A stretch of DNA of 64,000 nt, taken from assembly GCF_009914755.1 (NCBI RefSeq), contig NC_060935.1, one strand, 5' to 3'. Shown piece by piece: positions 1-11,338 of the stretch. The notes under the pieces were generated by a model. The model was not told where the DNA came from and made no database searches. It saw only the letters and a list, made by a program, of their open reading frames with translations. Positions within the stretch are counted from its first letter, which is position 1. Each line of letters starts with the position of its first letter. A program made the position numbers and the translations under genes. This stretch comes from the human T2T-CHM13v2.0 reference genome, Homo sapiens.

Positions 1-177
1 GTTCACTGGTGGTGGGCAAGTGTGTACAAAAGGCAACAGGATGCAGCAGAAAGGTAGCTGAACTAGGCATTAGGAGACTGGTGTTCCAGCCCTGATACTG
101 TTACAGATGGAGCGATGTGGCCTTGTGTGAGTCACAGCCTCTCTCTGAGCCTCGGTTTCTCTATTTCTTTAGAGGCA

Positions 178-405
178 GCAGTGCGTGGTGGTTAAACTGC
201 CTGGATTTGCCTGTTAGCTTTATCATAACTTCATATCAATTGTGTGACCTTAGACCATTCAACCCCTGGTGCCTCCATTTCCTGATTTGTAAAATGGAAC
301 TAGTAATACCCCATCAGATTGTTGTGGATAGTCTTTGAGATAAAACTAGTAAAACATTTAGCATAATGCCTGGCATATAGTAAGTGCTCAATAAGTGTTC
401 ACTAT
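178..405 (+). mobile_element. MIR SINE
   Basis: gtggttaa...tgtgtgaccttag...cctccatttcctgatttgtaaaatgg...tgcctggcatatagtaagtgctcaataa follows the MIR consensus. Confidence 0.85.
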
Positions 406-490
406 CATCATCATTGTCATGATTATCATTATTACTATTATTGTAAAATGGGAGGGATTAACTTTGGTCCTTTCTAGTTTTCTGGGGCCT

Positions 491-494
<4 letters not shown>

Positions 495-562
<68 letters not shown>
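495..562. repeat. compound microsatellite (TG)21(AG)13
   Basis: Read directly from the sequence. Confidence 0.97.
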
Positions 563-566
<4 letters not shown>

Positions 567-1734
567 TCTGTCTTTGGGGTAGAAGGTAAGGGTGAATAAG
601 TTGCTTTTTTGGTTCTTTTCTTCCTTTCTCTGCCTCATTGAGGGACTCCTGAATGTTGTGACTAGGCTCATGGTAGCCCCGTCCCCATGGCAAGAAGCCC
701 AATTTGACGTCACTGACAATATCCTGGCTCCTGGCAGTTGAGGGATGATATTTCATCAGCTAGCATTTGCCTGTCCTTTCCCTTCCACCCTTTGTTTCCC
801 ACCCTTCACCATGGTATGAAAACCATATGTGCAGATAATGTGTTTAAGCTGATCAGCCTCTCCCAGAGTCACCCAAATAAAAAGCCATCTTCCTAGAAGA
901 CACTTTCGACTTTAAGATAAATAATCTGGTTCTTCTGTTGTGTTGCTTTATGTCTGGCTGGCCCTGAATCCCTTTTTGTGTTCTGCCCATGGTCTGCTCC
1001 AAGGACGTGGGCTGGGCCCGGTCCGTGGTCTAAAGCTTTGGACCTTATTGGCCATGCTGGCCGGGGCAGCCTCTTCCAGCGGCTTGGGAGGGGCCAGGCC
1101 AGGCTGGGCCTCTGCCTCATCTTGTTCCAGCAAGGCTGCTGCTCTGAGATATCCCAGAGATGATTATCATGGGGCAGACACTTGGGGAATGCTGCCGCCC
1201 GCCAGGTGCTTGACAATACTTCATCCTGTCTCCGCCTACAAGGATGGTTTGGATACTGCCCCCATTCTGTAGATTAGAGAGTGAAGGCTCAGGAAGAATT
1301 CAGAGTAAGTGGTGGGATTGAGATTTGATCCTCGGTTGATCTGATTCTCTTATCCTGTGTGCTAAACCACTGTGTTATATTTCCTCATGTATCAAAACCT
1401 CCTGTGAGCCGAAAAGCCCCAGGAATGATATCTCTTAGACTGAATCAAGCCCCCTCCTCCCCACCTTTGATAATCTCGCAGGCTCAGGGCACCTTATGAG
1501 ATTCCGTTTCTGTCCTGCATGGATTACTCAGGCATTTTGGGGACAGTGATGAGTAAGAGTTTTTTGGGACATGGCTGCTTATGGAGGGGTTAGAGCGGGG
1601 AATGATCTTATTAAGCAACAAAAGGTTGTAATGGAAAGAGGATGCATATTGGAGTCACAGATCTGAAATTTGAATCCCGATTCTGCAATTTACTGGCTGT
1701 GTGGCCTTGGCTTCCTTATCTGTGAAAATCAGAA

Positions 1735-2102
1735 TAACAGCAACCACAGATGACTCTAAAATCTCAGTGGCTTAACAAAATGATTAACTCCTGATCACAT
1801 TACTTGTCTAATATGGGTCTCTGTTCCACACGGTCACTCAGGGACCCAGGCTCCAAAGATGATGACTCCACCATCTTTGTAACTGCCCCTTCTAAAGCAT
1901 GTGGCATCCGAAGTTACTGCAGATGGGGAAGAGGGAGAAGGGAAAGCCACACTAATACTCAACTGCTTTGGCCAGGAGGTGACACACATCACTTCACCTC
2001 CAGCACCTTGGTCAGAACTGTCATCTGGCCCCAAACCAGCCCCCAGGGAGGCTGAGAATGTAAGGAAGTACATGGATATTTGATGAGCACTAAGTCTCTG
2101 CA
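1735..2102 (-). mobile_element. old MaLR solo LTR (MLT1K/L-like) interrupting a MIR
   Basis: aatctcagtggcttaacaa...actcagggacccaggct...gtgacacacatcacttc...ttggtcagaact are typical antisense MLT1J-L motifs; MIR halves lie on both sides. Confidence 0.7.
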
Positions 2103-2796
2103 TTTACATTTACCCTAGTAGAGTGCTTTAAGGATCAATTGAGATGATGCATTTAAAGCTTCTAGTATAGAGCTGGTATGTTGCTGGTTGTTAACACATA
2201 GAAGCTTCCTTTCCCTAATAATCCCCGATGTACATTGCTCTTTGTAGATTACAGACTGTGTCTATTGAGATTATTTCTGGGCAGATCATATTGTGCCTAT
2301 AACATACCAGAGGGAGGTGAGTCCACGCATGGCAAGGGCACTATAAGCCAGGCCCTGGATCTTCAGCCCAGTTCTCCCATGACTTCCTTTGGCTTACTGA
2401 AATTTACTGCTCTGAGAACTTTTTCCAGCATGTCTCCCAGGATCTTTCAGAACCCACTTCTGCTCCTGTCTCCTCCCTGCATTCCTCAATAGGGTAGAGT
2501 ATCTGTATTCTCATTTTATGGATGGTGAGGAGGGGAGGTTGCAGGAACTATCTGGAAACTAACGGAGAAGGGTCTGGCCTTGAGGTGAGACAAGCCAGAG
2601 TCTTAGGTATTCATAGGGAGAGCCATAAGAATTTGGGACCCACATTTGGGCCGCTTTGGGAATTGCCGTGCAGCCAAGCTTCGGGGTACCCTTCCAAGGC
2701 ACACCTGGTGCTGCTACCTGCAGCTCCCATCCACCTGTGTACCCCCATGCTGGCCCATTGTGTCCTTGTGAGAGTGGGCAGGGAAGCGGAGGGTCC

Positions 2797-3203
2797 TGCT
2801 ATAGTTTGGTTTGTTTGACCCTCCAAATCTCATGTTGAAATTTGATCTCCACTGTTGGAGGTTGTGGGGGTGGTGTTTGGGTCATGGGGGCGGATCCCTC
2901 ATGAGTGGCCTGGTGCCCTTCTTCAAGTGAATTCTCATGCTGTCAGTTCCCAGGAGAGCTGATTGTTAAAGAGCCTGGCTCCTCCCTCCCCTCTCTCTTG
3001 CTTTGCCTCTCACCACGTGATCTCTGCACATGCCAGCTCCCCTTCACCTTCTGCCCTGAGTGGAAGCAGCCTGAGGCCCTCTCCAGAAGCACATGCTGGC
3101 ACCATGCTGGCACCTGCAGAACCATGAGCCAAAAAAACCCTCTTCCTTTATAAATTACCCAGCCTTGTATACTCCTTTGTAGCAACACACACGGACTAAG
3201 ATG
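2797..3203 (+). mobile_element. MSTB-like MaLR solo LTR
   Basis: Starts tgctatagtttgg...ccaaatctcatgttgaaatttgat; ends tataaattacccagcc...agcaacac...ggactaaga; near 5-bp TSD ggtcc/gggcc. Confidence 0.88.
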
Positions 3204-4214
3204 GGGCCCTAGGAGGCTTTCCAGGTCTGCTTTTCTGTGGATAGTAAGATGTCCAGACCTAGGTTAAAATCCTGACTGCTCCACTTAACACTTGTTCATC
3301 TCTCTTAGCCTGTCTCAGTTTTCTCCTCTGCAAAATGGCAAGAATATAGGAAAGCTAAAAAGCGAGTCAAGTGCCTGGCACGTAGTAGGTGTCGTGTTTG
3401 CACCTCTTCTCTCCCCCTTGAGGAAGAGGAAGAGCTGCCCTTGGCAAGGGAACAGTGCCTGGGGAGATGCTAGAAGTGGGCACACATGCTTGGACTCCTG
3501 GTCGTTGGAAGGAGAGGTACCCACTTCCCTTCCCAGCAACCTTGGGCTGGACTCTTGTGTTGAACTAATATGGCTTCCATTTGAAACGGGACAAGAATTT
3601 GGAGCCCTGGGTCTTGGATTTAGGCCCATCTTTTCATGTCTAACTCCCACAGTGGGTTCAGGGCTGGGGGTGTTGCTGAGAGAGGCTCCCCCACCCCACC
3701 CTGTGTTGCTGCCTCTCCTTCTGGGGGGACAGATTGCAGCGTGCTCTAGTGGGCCAAGTGCACTGGGCCACCTGCTGCCTGACATTTAGGGCTCCCCCAG
3801 CAGGGCAGGCCCAGGGAACTTGCTCATTGGTTGGTGTCTTAGCCCTTGGGGAATGAGGCATTTCTCCAGTCAAAACAGAAACACCGCCCTCCATGGTCCC
3901 TGTGGAGAAAAGCTGGGCAGGCTGGACACGGGGAGTGGAGGGGCCTGTGGTTAGGAAGAGGATGGTCTCTGAAGACAGGGTTCTGAGATGCGCATTCTTC
4001 TCCTGAGCATAGTGAACACTTGTTCCTGGGGTCATTGAAGAGTGTAGCCTTCCCCTGCAGCTGGATTTATGCTGACTCAGGCACGGAGGCCAGGGAAGGC
4101 TGTGACTGTGGCACCTTGGGGCCCTCAGACACCTCACTCACTCCTGCATCCAGACCTCGGCTTCTGTGGTGCAGGGCAGCAGCTCTGAGGCAGCTCCATA
4201 GCCCTTTGAGGCGG

Positions 4215-4925
4215 CTTATTGCTTTCCTGCGGCAGCCATGGCAGCACCATAAACTAGATGGCTTAAAACAACAGAAACTTATTCTCACAGTTCTGGAAGC
4301 TAAAAGCCTGCAGACAAGGTGTTGGCAGGAACATGCTCTGTCTGAGGGCTCTAGGGAAAGGTCCTCTTTGCCTCTTCCTAGCTTCTGGTGGTTACTGGCA
4401 ACCCTCTGTGTTCTTTGGCTGGTAAATGCCTCCCTCCATCATCACATGACATTCTTCCTGTGTGTCTACCTCTCCTCTTCTTATAGGGACACCAGTCATG
4501 TTGGATTAGGGTCCACCCTAATGACCTCCTCTTTTTTTTTTTTTTTTAGGCGGAGTCTCGCTCTGTCACCCAGGCTGGAGCGCAGTGGCGATCTCTGCTC
4601 ACTGCAAGCTCCACCTCCTGGGTTCACACCATTCTCCTGCCTCAGCCTCCCGAGTAGTTGGGACTACAGGTGCCCACCACCACGCCTGGCTAATTTTTTT
4701 GTATTTTTTAGTAGAGACGGGTTTCACTCTGTTAGCCAGGATGGTCTCGATCTCCTGACCTCATGATCTGCCCGCCTCGGCCTCCCAAAGTGCTGGGATT
4801 ACAGGCGTGAGCCACCAGCGCCCAGCCATGACCTCCTCTTAACCTGATTATATCTGCGAAGTTCCTGACAGCTAGGGGTTAGGCTGCCAACATATCGTTT
4901 TGGGGTACACAGATCAACCCATAGA
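4215..4925 (-). mobile_element. MLT1B/C-like MaLR solo LTR split by an AluY
   Basis: ggcttaaaacaacagaaacttattctcacagttctgga...gacaccagtcatgttggattagggtccaccctaatgacctc, resuming after the Alu. Confidence 0.85.
4534..4827 (-). mobile_element. AluY
   Basis: Full-length antisense Alu with Y diagnostics (ctgcaagctcc, ttcacaccattc, gttagccaggatggtctcgatc); perfect TSD atgacctcctctt at 4521-4533 and 4828-4840. Confidence 0.96.
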
Positions 4926-5859
4926 GGTGGTAGTATCATTGCTCTATTTACTGTCAAAGAAGTCAGTGCAAAAAGGTTAAGTAATTTGCCCAAGTTCATA
5001 CACCTATACAACTAGTAAGTGACTGGTAAATTACTCTCTATACATTTCATTCCTCTTACTATTACAGTAGGTTTATATACCTACCTCATAGCCTAGTCCT
5101 GAGCATCAAAGGAGGTGAATGTCTGTGTCAAAACACACTCTGTCCGCAGCTAAGTGTTTGCCAGTCGTGTTATTCATCTTTGCTCCCTAGATGGGATGTC
5201 TCCCAGGAAACATCAGCATATAGAAATTACAACCAGTTGGAGCTACAATGTTTTCTAGAAATAATTGTTTGAGTTGACCGAATGAAAGGCACCATTTGCA
5301 TTCTTTCAACTCACCTTTCTGGAGTTGCCTGCCAGCTCCGTCTCCTCGCAAGTTGAGAATATCAGTTGAGATGGATTTTTCTTGCTTGATGTTTTTCTTG
5401 GGTTCCATTTTAGCATCAGAAGTCATGGTGACTTTTGCAATTTGGGCTTCTCTCCCCAGGAGGGTGTCTGGGCATCTGAATAGGGGGGGTCCCTGGGAGG
5501 CTCAGTAGATGACTCTCAGCTCCAGAGCCCTTCCCTCCGGGCCCTGAAGGGTCTAGGGATTTAGCTGTGGAGGCTGGAGGACTCTGATATGCAGCCTCAT
5601 CTGGGTGCAAGGAAGCAGGGGAGGCAACCTGCTGTGGAGGGTTAGGACACATTCTGAACACAGCGCCTGGGTTCAAATGCCAGTTCAGCTTCACACTATG
5701 ACCTTTGTTTGATCTTTGACAAATCACTTAAATTCTCTCTGACTCCATTTTAACTCATAGGGTTTGATTAAAATGCATAAATGTATCTCTTGGGATGGAA
5801 TGTGGTACATGAAAAGTATTCAGTGAATGTTAGGATTACTTTAAATATTTTATTTGTCA

Positions 5860-5975
5860 TCTGTTTTCCTCCATAGAGTGAGGGCGGAGATGTTTCTGTT
5901 TGGTTTTCCATGGAGCCTGCAGCGTGGAGCTCAGTGCCTGGGGTTGAACAGATGCTCACATGCTGAATGAATGAG
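5860..5975 (+). mobile_element. L2 3' end fragment
   Basis: ctccatagagtgagggcggagatgtttctgtttgg...cagtgcctgg...tgctgaatgaatga. Confidence 0.65.
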
Positions 5976-6559
5976 GAAATGGATGATTGAATGGGTAGAT
6001 TCTTAGCTATAGCTTCTTTGGGATTCCATCCCTCCTTGCTATGTACCAAGGCCTCTGCCCCTAAGCCCCTCTTATGTGGGGGCATGGGGAGGCCATAGCA
6101 CCAAAGCCCAAAGGGAGCCGTAGAATGCCATGAAAATGCTCAGGGCATCCAGGACAGAAAGGCCACCTCATGGACCCAGAGGACAAGCTGGGTTGGAGGA
6201 TGAGGAGAAGCTGAGAAGGGGGTCTGGGAAGATTGTGGTCACCGCAGGAAGCAGGTCGTGGTGGCTGAGTGGGAAGATCACTTTCAGAATGTGGGGTTTC
6301 TCCCATGACGCAGCCACCAGAGGCACTCCCTGACGTCTCCAGCACACCAGAGAGGCCCACCCTTCTCCAGTGTGATAAATCAATAGGCGTACCTCATTTT
6401 AGGGAGCCCGATCTATGAAAATGCCAGCTGGATTTGAAAGTCTGCATTCAATTTATAGGCAAGTTAACTCTAAAGTTCCCACTGCTTCCTTCTGCCTTAA
6501 AAAGAAATACAGAAGTTCAGCTTACACACTTAGTTAGGAAAACATCTGTTGTGTAATGT

Positions 6560-7055
6560 GGTCATGTTAGCCGCCTTGCTTAAAACCCTTCGATGGATTC
6601 TCTGTTGTGTTCAAAAGGCTTTCATGTGACCTCTGCCCCCTCCCCACGCAAGCCTCACTACCTCTTCTCCAGCCCATCTGCCGCTTGTTTTCTTCTCTCG
6701 CCCCTACCTTCATGAATGAATCTTTGTGATCTTCCTCCCCTGGACTGCTTTTTCCTCCCTCTTTAGTTACCTGACTCCTCCTCATCCTTTGGATCCCAGC
6801 CCCTGCATTACCTCCTCCAGGAAGTCCTCCTTGACTTCCTAATGGGCCAAATTTCCCATCTGTAGGCTCAGATGGCTCCACAGTCCTCTCCTTAGTGGTG
6901 TTTTGTCACTCTTGGATGATTGTTGACTTCTCTGTGTAATTTTTTTTTTTAACATTTATTTCCTCCACTTTGGTGTAAGCCCAGGAAGGCAGGGGCAGTG
7001 CCTGTCTGTTCTTCCTTGTATCCAAGGCACCTGGTAGGGTCTCAGAAGGTGCCTG
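6560..7055 (+). mobile_element. L2 fragment
   Basis: tgcttaaaacccttcgatgg...cctcctccaggaagtcctccttgac...gaaggcaggggcagtgcctgtc...tgtatccaaggcacctgg. Confidence 0.65.
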
Positions 7056-7431
7056 AGAAATTCTCTTGCCTTCTCTCCATTTTCTCCTCTGCAAGCCAGT
7101 CTTTTTTAGGTTGTTCTGGTGGTTACTGGTAATCCTCCGTGTTCTTTGGCTTGTGGATGATCACAGCTAATATGTGTTGATTACTTGCAGGGTGCCAGGC
7201 CCTCACAAATCAGATCTCATCCACCAATAGAAGAGTTTTTTACAGTGGGAACGCTGGAGCCCACCTGGCTGGAGCCCCCCCGGCTGGAGCCCCAGCTTTA
7301 TCACGTACCTGCTCTGCAGCCTTGGACAAGCTCCTCAACCTCTCTGTGCCTCATTTTCCCATCATAAAATGGGACTAAATATAACACATAACTTATGAGT
7401 TGTGAGGATTACATAAATTAATTCATGTAAT

Positions 7432-7728
7432 ATTTGTTTCTCCAGTTTTAGAGGCTGGAAGTCCATGACCATGGTGTTGGCAGGTTTGGTTTCTTCTGAC
7501 GTCTCTCTCCTTGGCTTGCGGATGGCCACTTTCTCACCGTGTCCTCGCACAGCCTTTCCCTGGTGTCTCCCATGTGTCCAGAGCTCCTCTTCTAAGAATA
7601 CCAGTCAGATTGGATTAGGACCCTTTAAGGCCTCATTATAACTTAATTGCCAAAACATTCACATTCCAAAGTGCTAGGGGTTAGGGCTTAAATATGAGTG
7701 TGCAGGAAGCACAATTTAGCCGGTAACA
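7432..7728 (-). mobile_element. MLT1A-like MaLR LTR (partial)
   Basis: gaggctggaagtcca...ggtgttggcaggtttggtttcttctga...ccagtcagattggattagga...acaatttagccggtaaca. Confidence 0.8.
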
Positions 7729-7744
7729 TCTTCTAATTCAGTAC

Positions 7745-7872
7745 TCTATCCCCATTTTATGGTTGAGAAAACCAGGGCACAGAGAGGTTAAGTTACTTGC
7801 CCAAGGTCACATAGCTGCTGAACAAGTATAGGAGTGTAAAACCCAGGTAGTCCGAACCTGGAGCCTGCACTC
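7745..7872 (-). mobile_element. MIR SINE
   Basis: atccccattttat...ggcacagagaggttaagttacttgcccaaggtcacatagct. Confidence 0.85.
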
Positions 7873-8249
7873 CACCGCCAGATGGTCTGTTTCCTGGCTC
7901 TTCTCCTCTGCAGATCCTCACAGTCTTCCCTTTTTGGAGCTGGTTTGTTTCTTAACAGCAGGGTTGGGAGGAAATCAGGATCCAGGGGTCTTGGTGACTT
8001 CTCTCCTGGCCCTTTGCTCCCGTCCAGCCTTGAATCCCTCGTTTGGTGGCAGCTGCCAAAACTACTAGGGGATGGGGACCTTTACTTCTGCACCTAGGCT
8101 GTGAGGGAGGTGGAGGCTGCAACAGGGTGGGAAGGTAGTCAAACATCCCAGGAAGTGAGGGGAGTTTCTTGATTCCAGGGTTTCCCTCCCTCCGTATCTT
8201 TTTTTTGGATTTTCCAGGAGTTAACTGCTCTTTGAAAATAATCACGTCT

Positions 8250-8556
<307 letters not shown>

Positions 8557-9709
8557 TCATGTCTTCCTGGTGAAAGACTTAGGAAAAAATAAAGAGTAAC
8601 ATAGCAAGAGAATATGGAAATAAAACAAAAGCATATTCAATGGAAGGTCACTCTCAATCTTACACCAGTCTCTGGGCCCAGAGACAGCCCTGGGCTGCTC
8701 CTATGGGTTTTTCCAGCCTGCCTTCAGGCCAAGAGTTTGAAGCTGGTGCTTGAGGTTGGAGGAACCGGAGGGAACAGCTATTCACCGAAGCCATGGAGGT
8801 TCTCCTGGGTGGACCATGGGACATGGGAGAGGCATGTCCTTTTGGGATGGGTGCCTGGCGTGCCACTGCATGGCCAGCCGTGATGCAGTCATTCCCGACT
8901 AGTGGAATGAGCTGCTTGTTTCATGCATGCCCCTTTCCTGATGTCCCACCAAATGGACAATCTGCAGAGACACCTATGGTAGGGTGGCTACCGGGTCAGT
9001 GGCTTATTCTCTTTGTCATGGTTGCCTGGCCCTCTCCGATCTCTGCCCGCCCCTTGCCTATCTCTGCTTTGTCCCCGCAAATGTCATCTTTTCCTTTTCA
9101 TCTTGTGGGGTGCAGGGGCCTGGGCTAGGTAGGGTTTGGGAAAGAGCCCTTGGGACCCTTTGGGGAGGATGTGTGACCGGGAGACCCGTGGGTCAGGACA
9201 GAGGGCATCTCTACCTTCCTCCATTGTGTGATAAGGGTGTCGGTTGGCAGATCAAAGGGCTTTTTGTTGTTTTATTTTCCTTTCCAGAGCCTTCTTGCTG
9301 GGAAAGCAGGCTGTACAACCAAGGGGAACAGCTGCCACCTGTGTGTCCTGTGAGAGGGCAGGGCCAGCCAGGGGCATGGGGCACCTGGTGCTGCTGAGGG
9401 GCTGGGACTGGGCCACAGGTGGGAGATTTCCCTGGGGGACTCTGCACCTAGAAGCTGATGGGGACGTAGTGGCCGAGCTCAGAGGCTGTGGGCCCTCAGC
9501 AAGACAGGGACACCTGGAAATGCAGAGAATTAGCAAAGAATTGGGGGAGCTGCCCCCACAACCCCATCCTAGCCTGTGAATTTCTGTCTTCCATTGTTCC
9601 TCAAATGGAGTGATGGAGGGAGCACTGGACTGCGAGTCCGGAAAGCCTGATCTTTAAGTCCAGTCTTGGTTTGGTTCTAACAAACTCTCATGTTCCCTCT
9701 GGACTTCTG

Positions 9710-9890
9710 TTTTGAGATGGAGTCTCTCTCTGTCACCTAGGCTGGAGGGCAGGGTTGAGATCTTGGCTCACTGCAACTTCTGCCTTCCAGGTTCAAGCGA
9801 TTCTCCTGTCCCAAGTAGCTGGGACTATAAACGTGCACCACCACACCCAGCTAATTTTTTTGTATTTTTAGTAGAGACGAGGTTTTGCCA
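9710..9890 (-). mobile_element. 5'-truncated AluS with almost no tail
   Basis: Right arm, linker and part of left arm; TSD tccctctggacttctg (9694-9709) / tccctgtggatttctg (9891-9906). Confidence 0.88.
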
Positions 9891-10353
9891 TCCCTGTGGA
9901 TTTCTGATATCCCATCCGCATCACGGGAGTGGGGCTGCTTGTTCTCCTTTTAACTCCAGAGCCTCTGGGTCTCCCCTGAGAGTCTTGAACGGGGAACATG
10001 ACCTCGGAGCCTTGTGTCCCCTGGAGAAAAGCTCTCAGGAAGCCGAGGCGTGGTTGTTGATGGAAATGGGGATGTTGTTTAAATAAATTAAGAGCCAAAG
10101 AGGACAATCCGTGGCATTCTTTTCAAGAGCTGGGATGATATGCATAACATTTCCTCCCTTTCATTTGATAATTTTTCCTTCTCAAAGCAGTTTAATGAAA
10201 GAAAAGTGTCTGAAGATTGGCTGCACAATGAGCTCAAATAAAAATATTCTTTTAAAAATGTGGTTGCTATGTAATCGAATTTAAATAATGGGCAATTTTT
10301 GTTTCTTCGTAGTCTAGCCACTCACAAAGGTCTATTCAAACCTGTCTCAGACA

Positions 10354-10357
<4 letters not shown>

Positions 10358-10386
<29 letters not shown>
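10358..10386. repeat. (TG)14 microsatellite
   Basis: Read directly from the sequence. Confidence 0.95.
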
Positions 10387-10389
<3 letters not shown>

Positions 10390-10594
10390 GAAAAATGACC
10401 TTACTGATAGAATATTTTTGGAAAAAAAAATAATGATGATGATAATGTAGCTAAAGTTGTGTGTGTGAGTTCGTGCGTGTCTGCTGGTGAGACATACGGG
10501 ATTAACATGAAACGTGCTGCTAGAAGGAAGTTCTGAAGGCAGCTGTAGAGTCCTCCTGGCATTTGAATGGGTGCTGTGAGCAAGAGAGGTGAAT

Positions 10595-10715
10595 TCTAGT
10601 TTTGGAGTCCCATGGATCTGGGTTCAAATCCTGGGTCGGTCCCTACCAGCCACATGACCTTTGGCAAGTTATTTATTCCCTCTGAACGTTAGTTTCCTCA
10701 TCTAGAAAAAAGGGA
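10595..10715 (+). mobile_element. MIR SINE
   Basis: ctgggttcaaatcctgg...tgacctttggcaagttattta...agtttcctcatcta. Confidence 0.8.
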
Positions 10716-11154
10716 CAGCAAAAACAAGATCAAGTGCCTAGCCTGGTGCTGGGCATGGGAACGACCTGCCAGGTTGGCCCCTCCCCTCCCCTCTGCACCC
10801 TTCTCCTTCCTCTCCTCTCTCTGCTCTCTCCCCACTCCCTTCCCTTTTTTTCCTTTGCCTCTCCAGAAACAGCAGAGTTTTTCCATATACACACCAGACC
10901 CATATACGTTGTAGCTCATTCAATGCCCAGCAATCCAACCGGAGTGGGATTTTTATCTCCATTTTACAGAATGGAAACCTGCTGCAGCTATGGAATCGGG
11001 TAGATCACCCAGCAGGTGGAGGGGGTATGAGAAAGTGGAAATATTTGTCTGAAGCATAGCAAGACCTGGCCTTTTCCGTTGTATGGAAATTTTTGCCTGG
11101 GAGGTATGTGGAATGCAGAAAGGGTCCTTGGTGTTGCTTCTTGTAGCCTGCCTC

Positions 11155-11338
11155 ACCCCTCCCCTCCCCTTCCCTTCCCTTTTTCCCTTCCTTCTTTCTT
11201 CCCTCCCTCCCTCCCTCCCTTTTTTCCTTTCTTCCTTTCTTCCTTCCTTTCCTCCCTCCCTCCTTCCTTCCTTACCTCTTTCCCTCCCCCATTTTTTCTT
11301 TTCTTCGTTCCTTCCCTCCCTTCCTTCCTCCCTCCCTT
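11155..11338. repeat. polypyrimidine (CCTT/CCCT)n low-complexity tract
   Basis: About 180 bp of almost pure C/T. Confidence 0.92.

Noticed and set aside
705-712. Full CRE palindrome TGACGTCA
   Set aside because: A single 8-mer is expected by chance in 64 kb and has no promoter context.
4020-4766. 248-aa ORF
   Set aside because: Runs through an MLT1 LTR and an antisense AluY; its C-terminus is the standard Alu translation.
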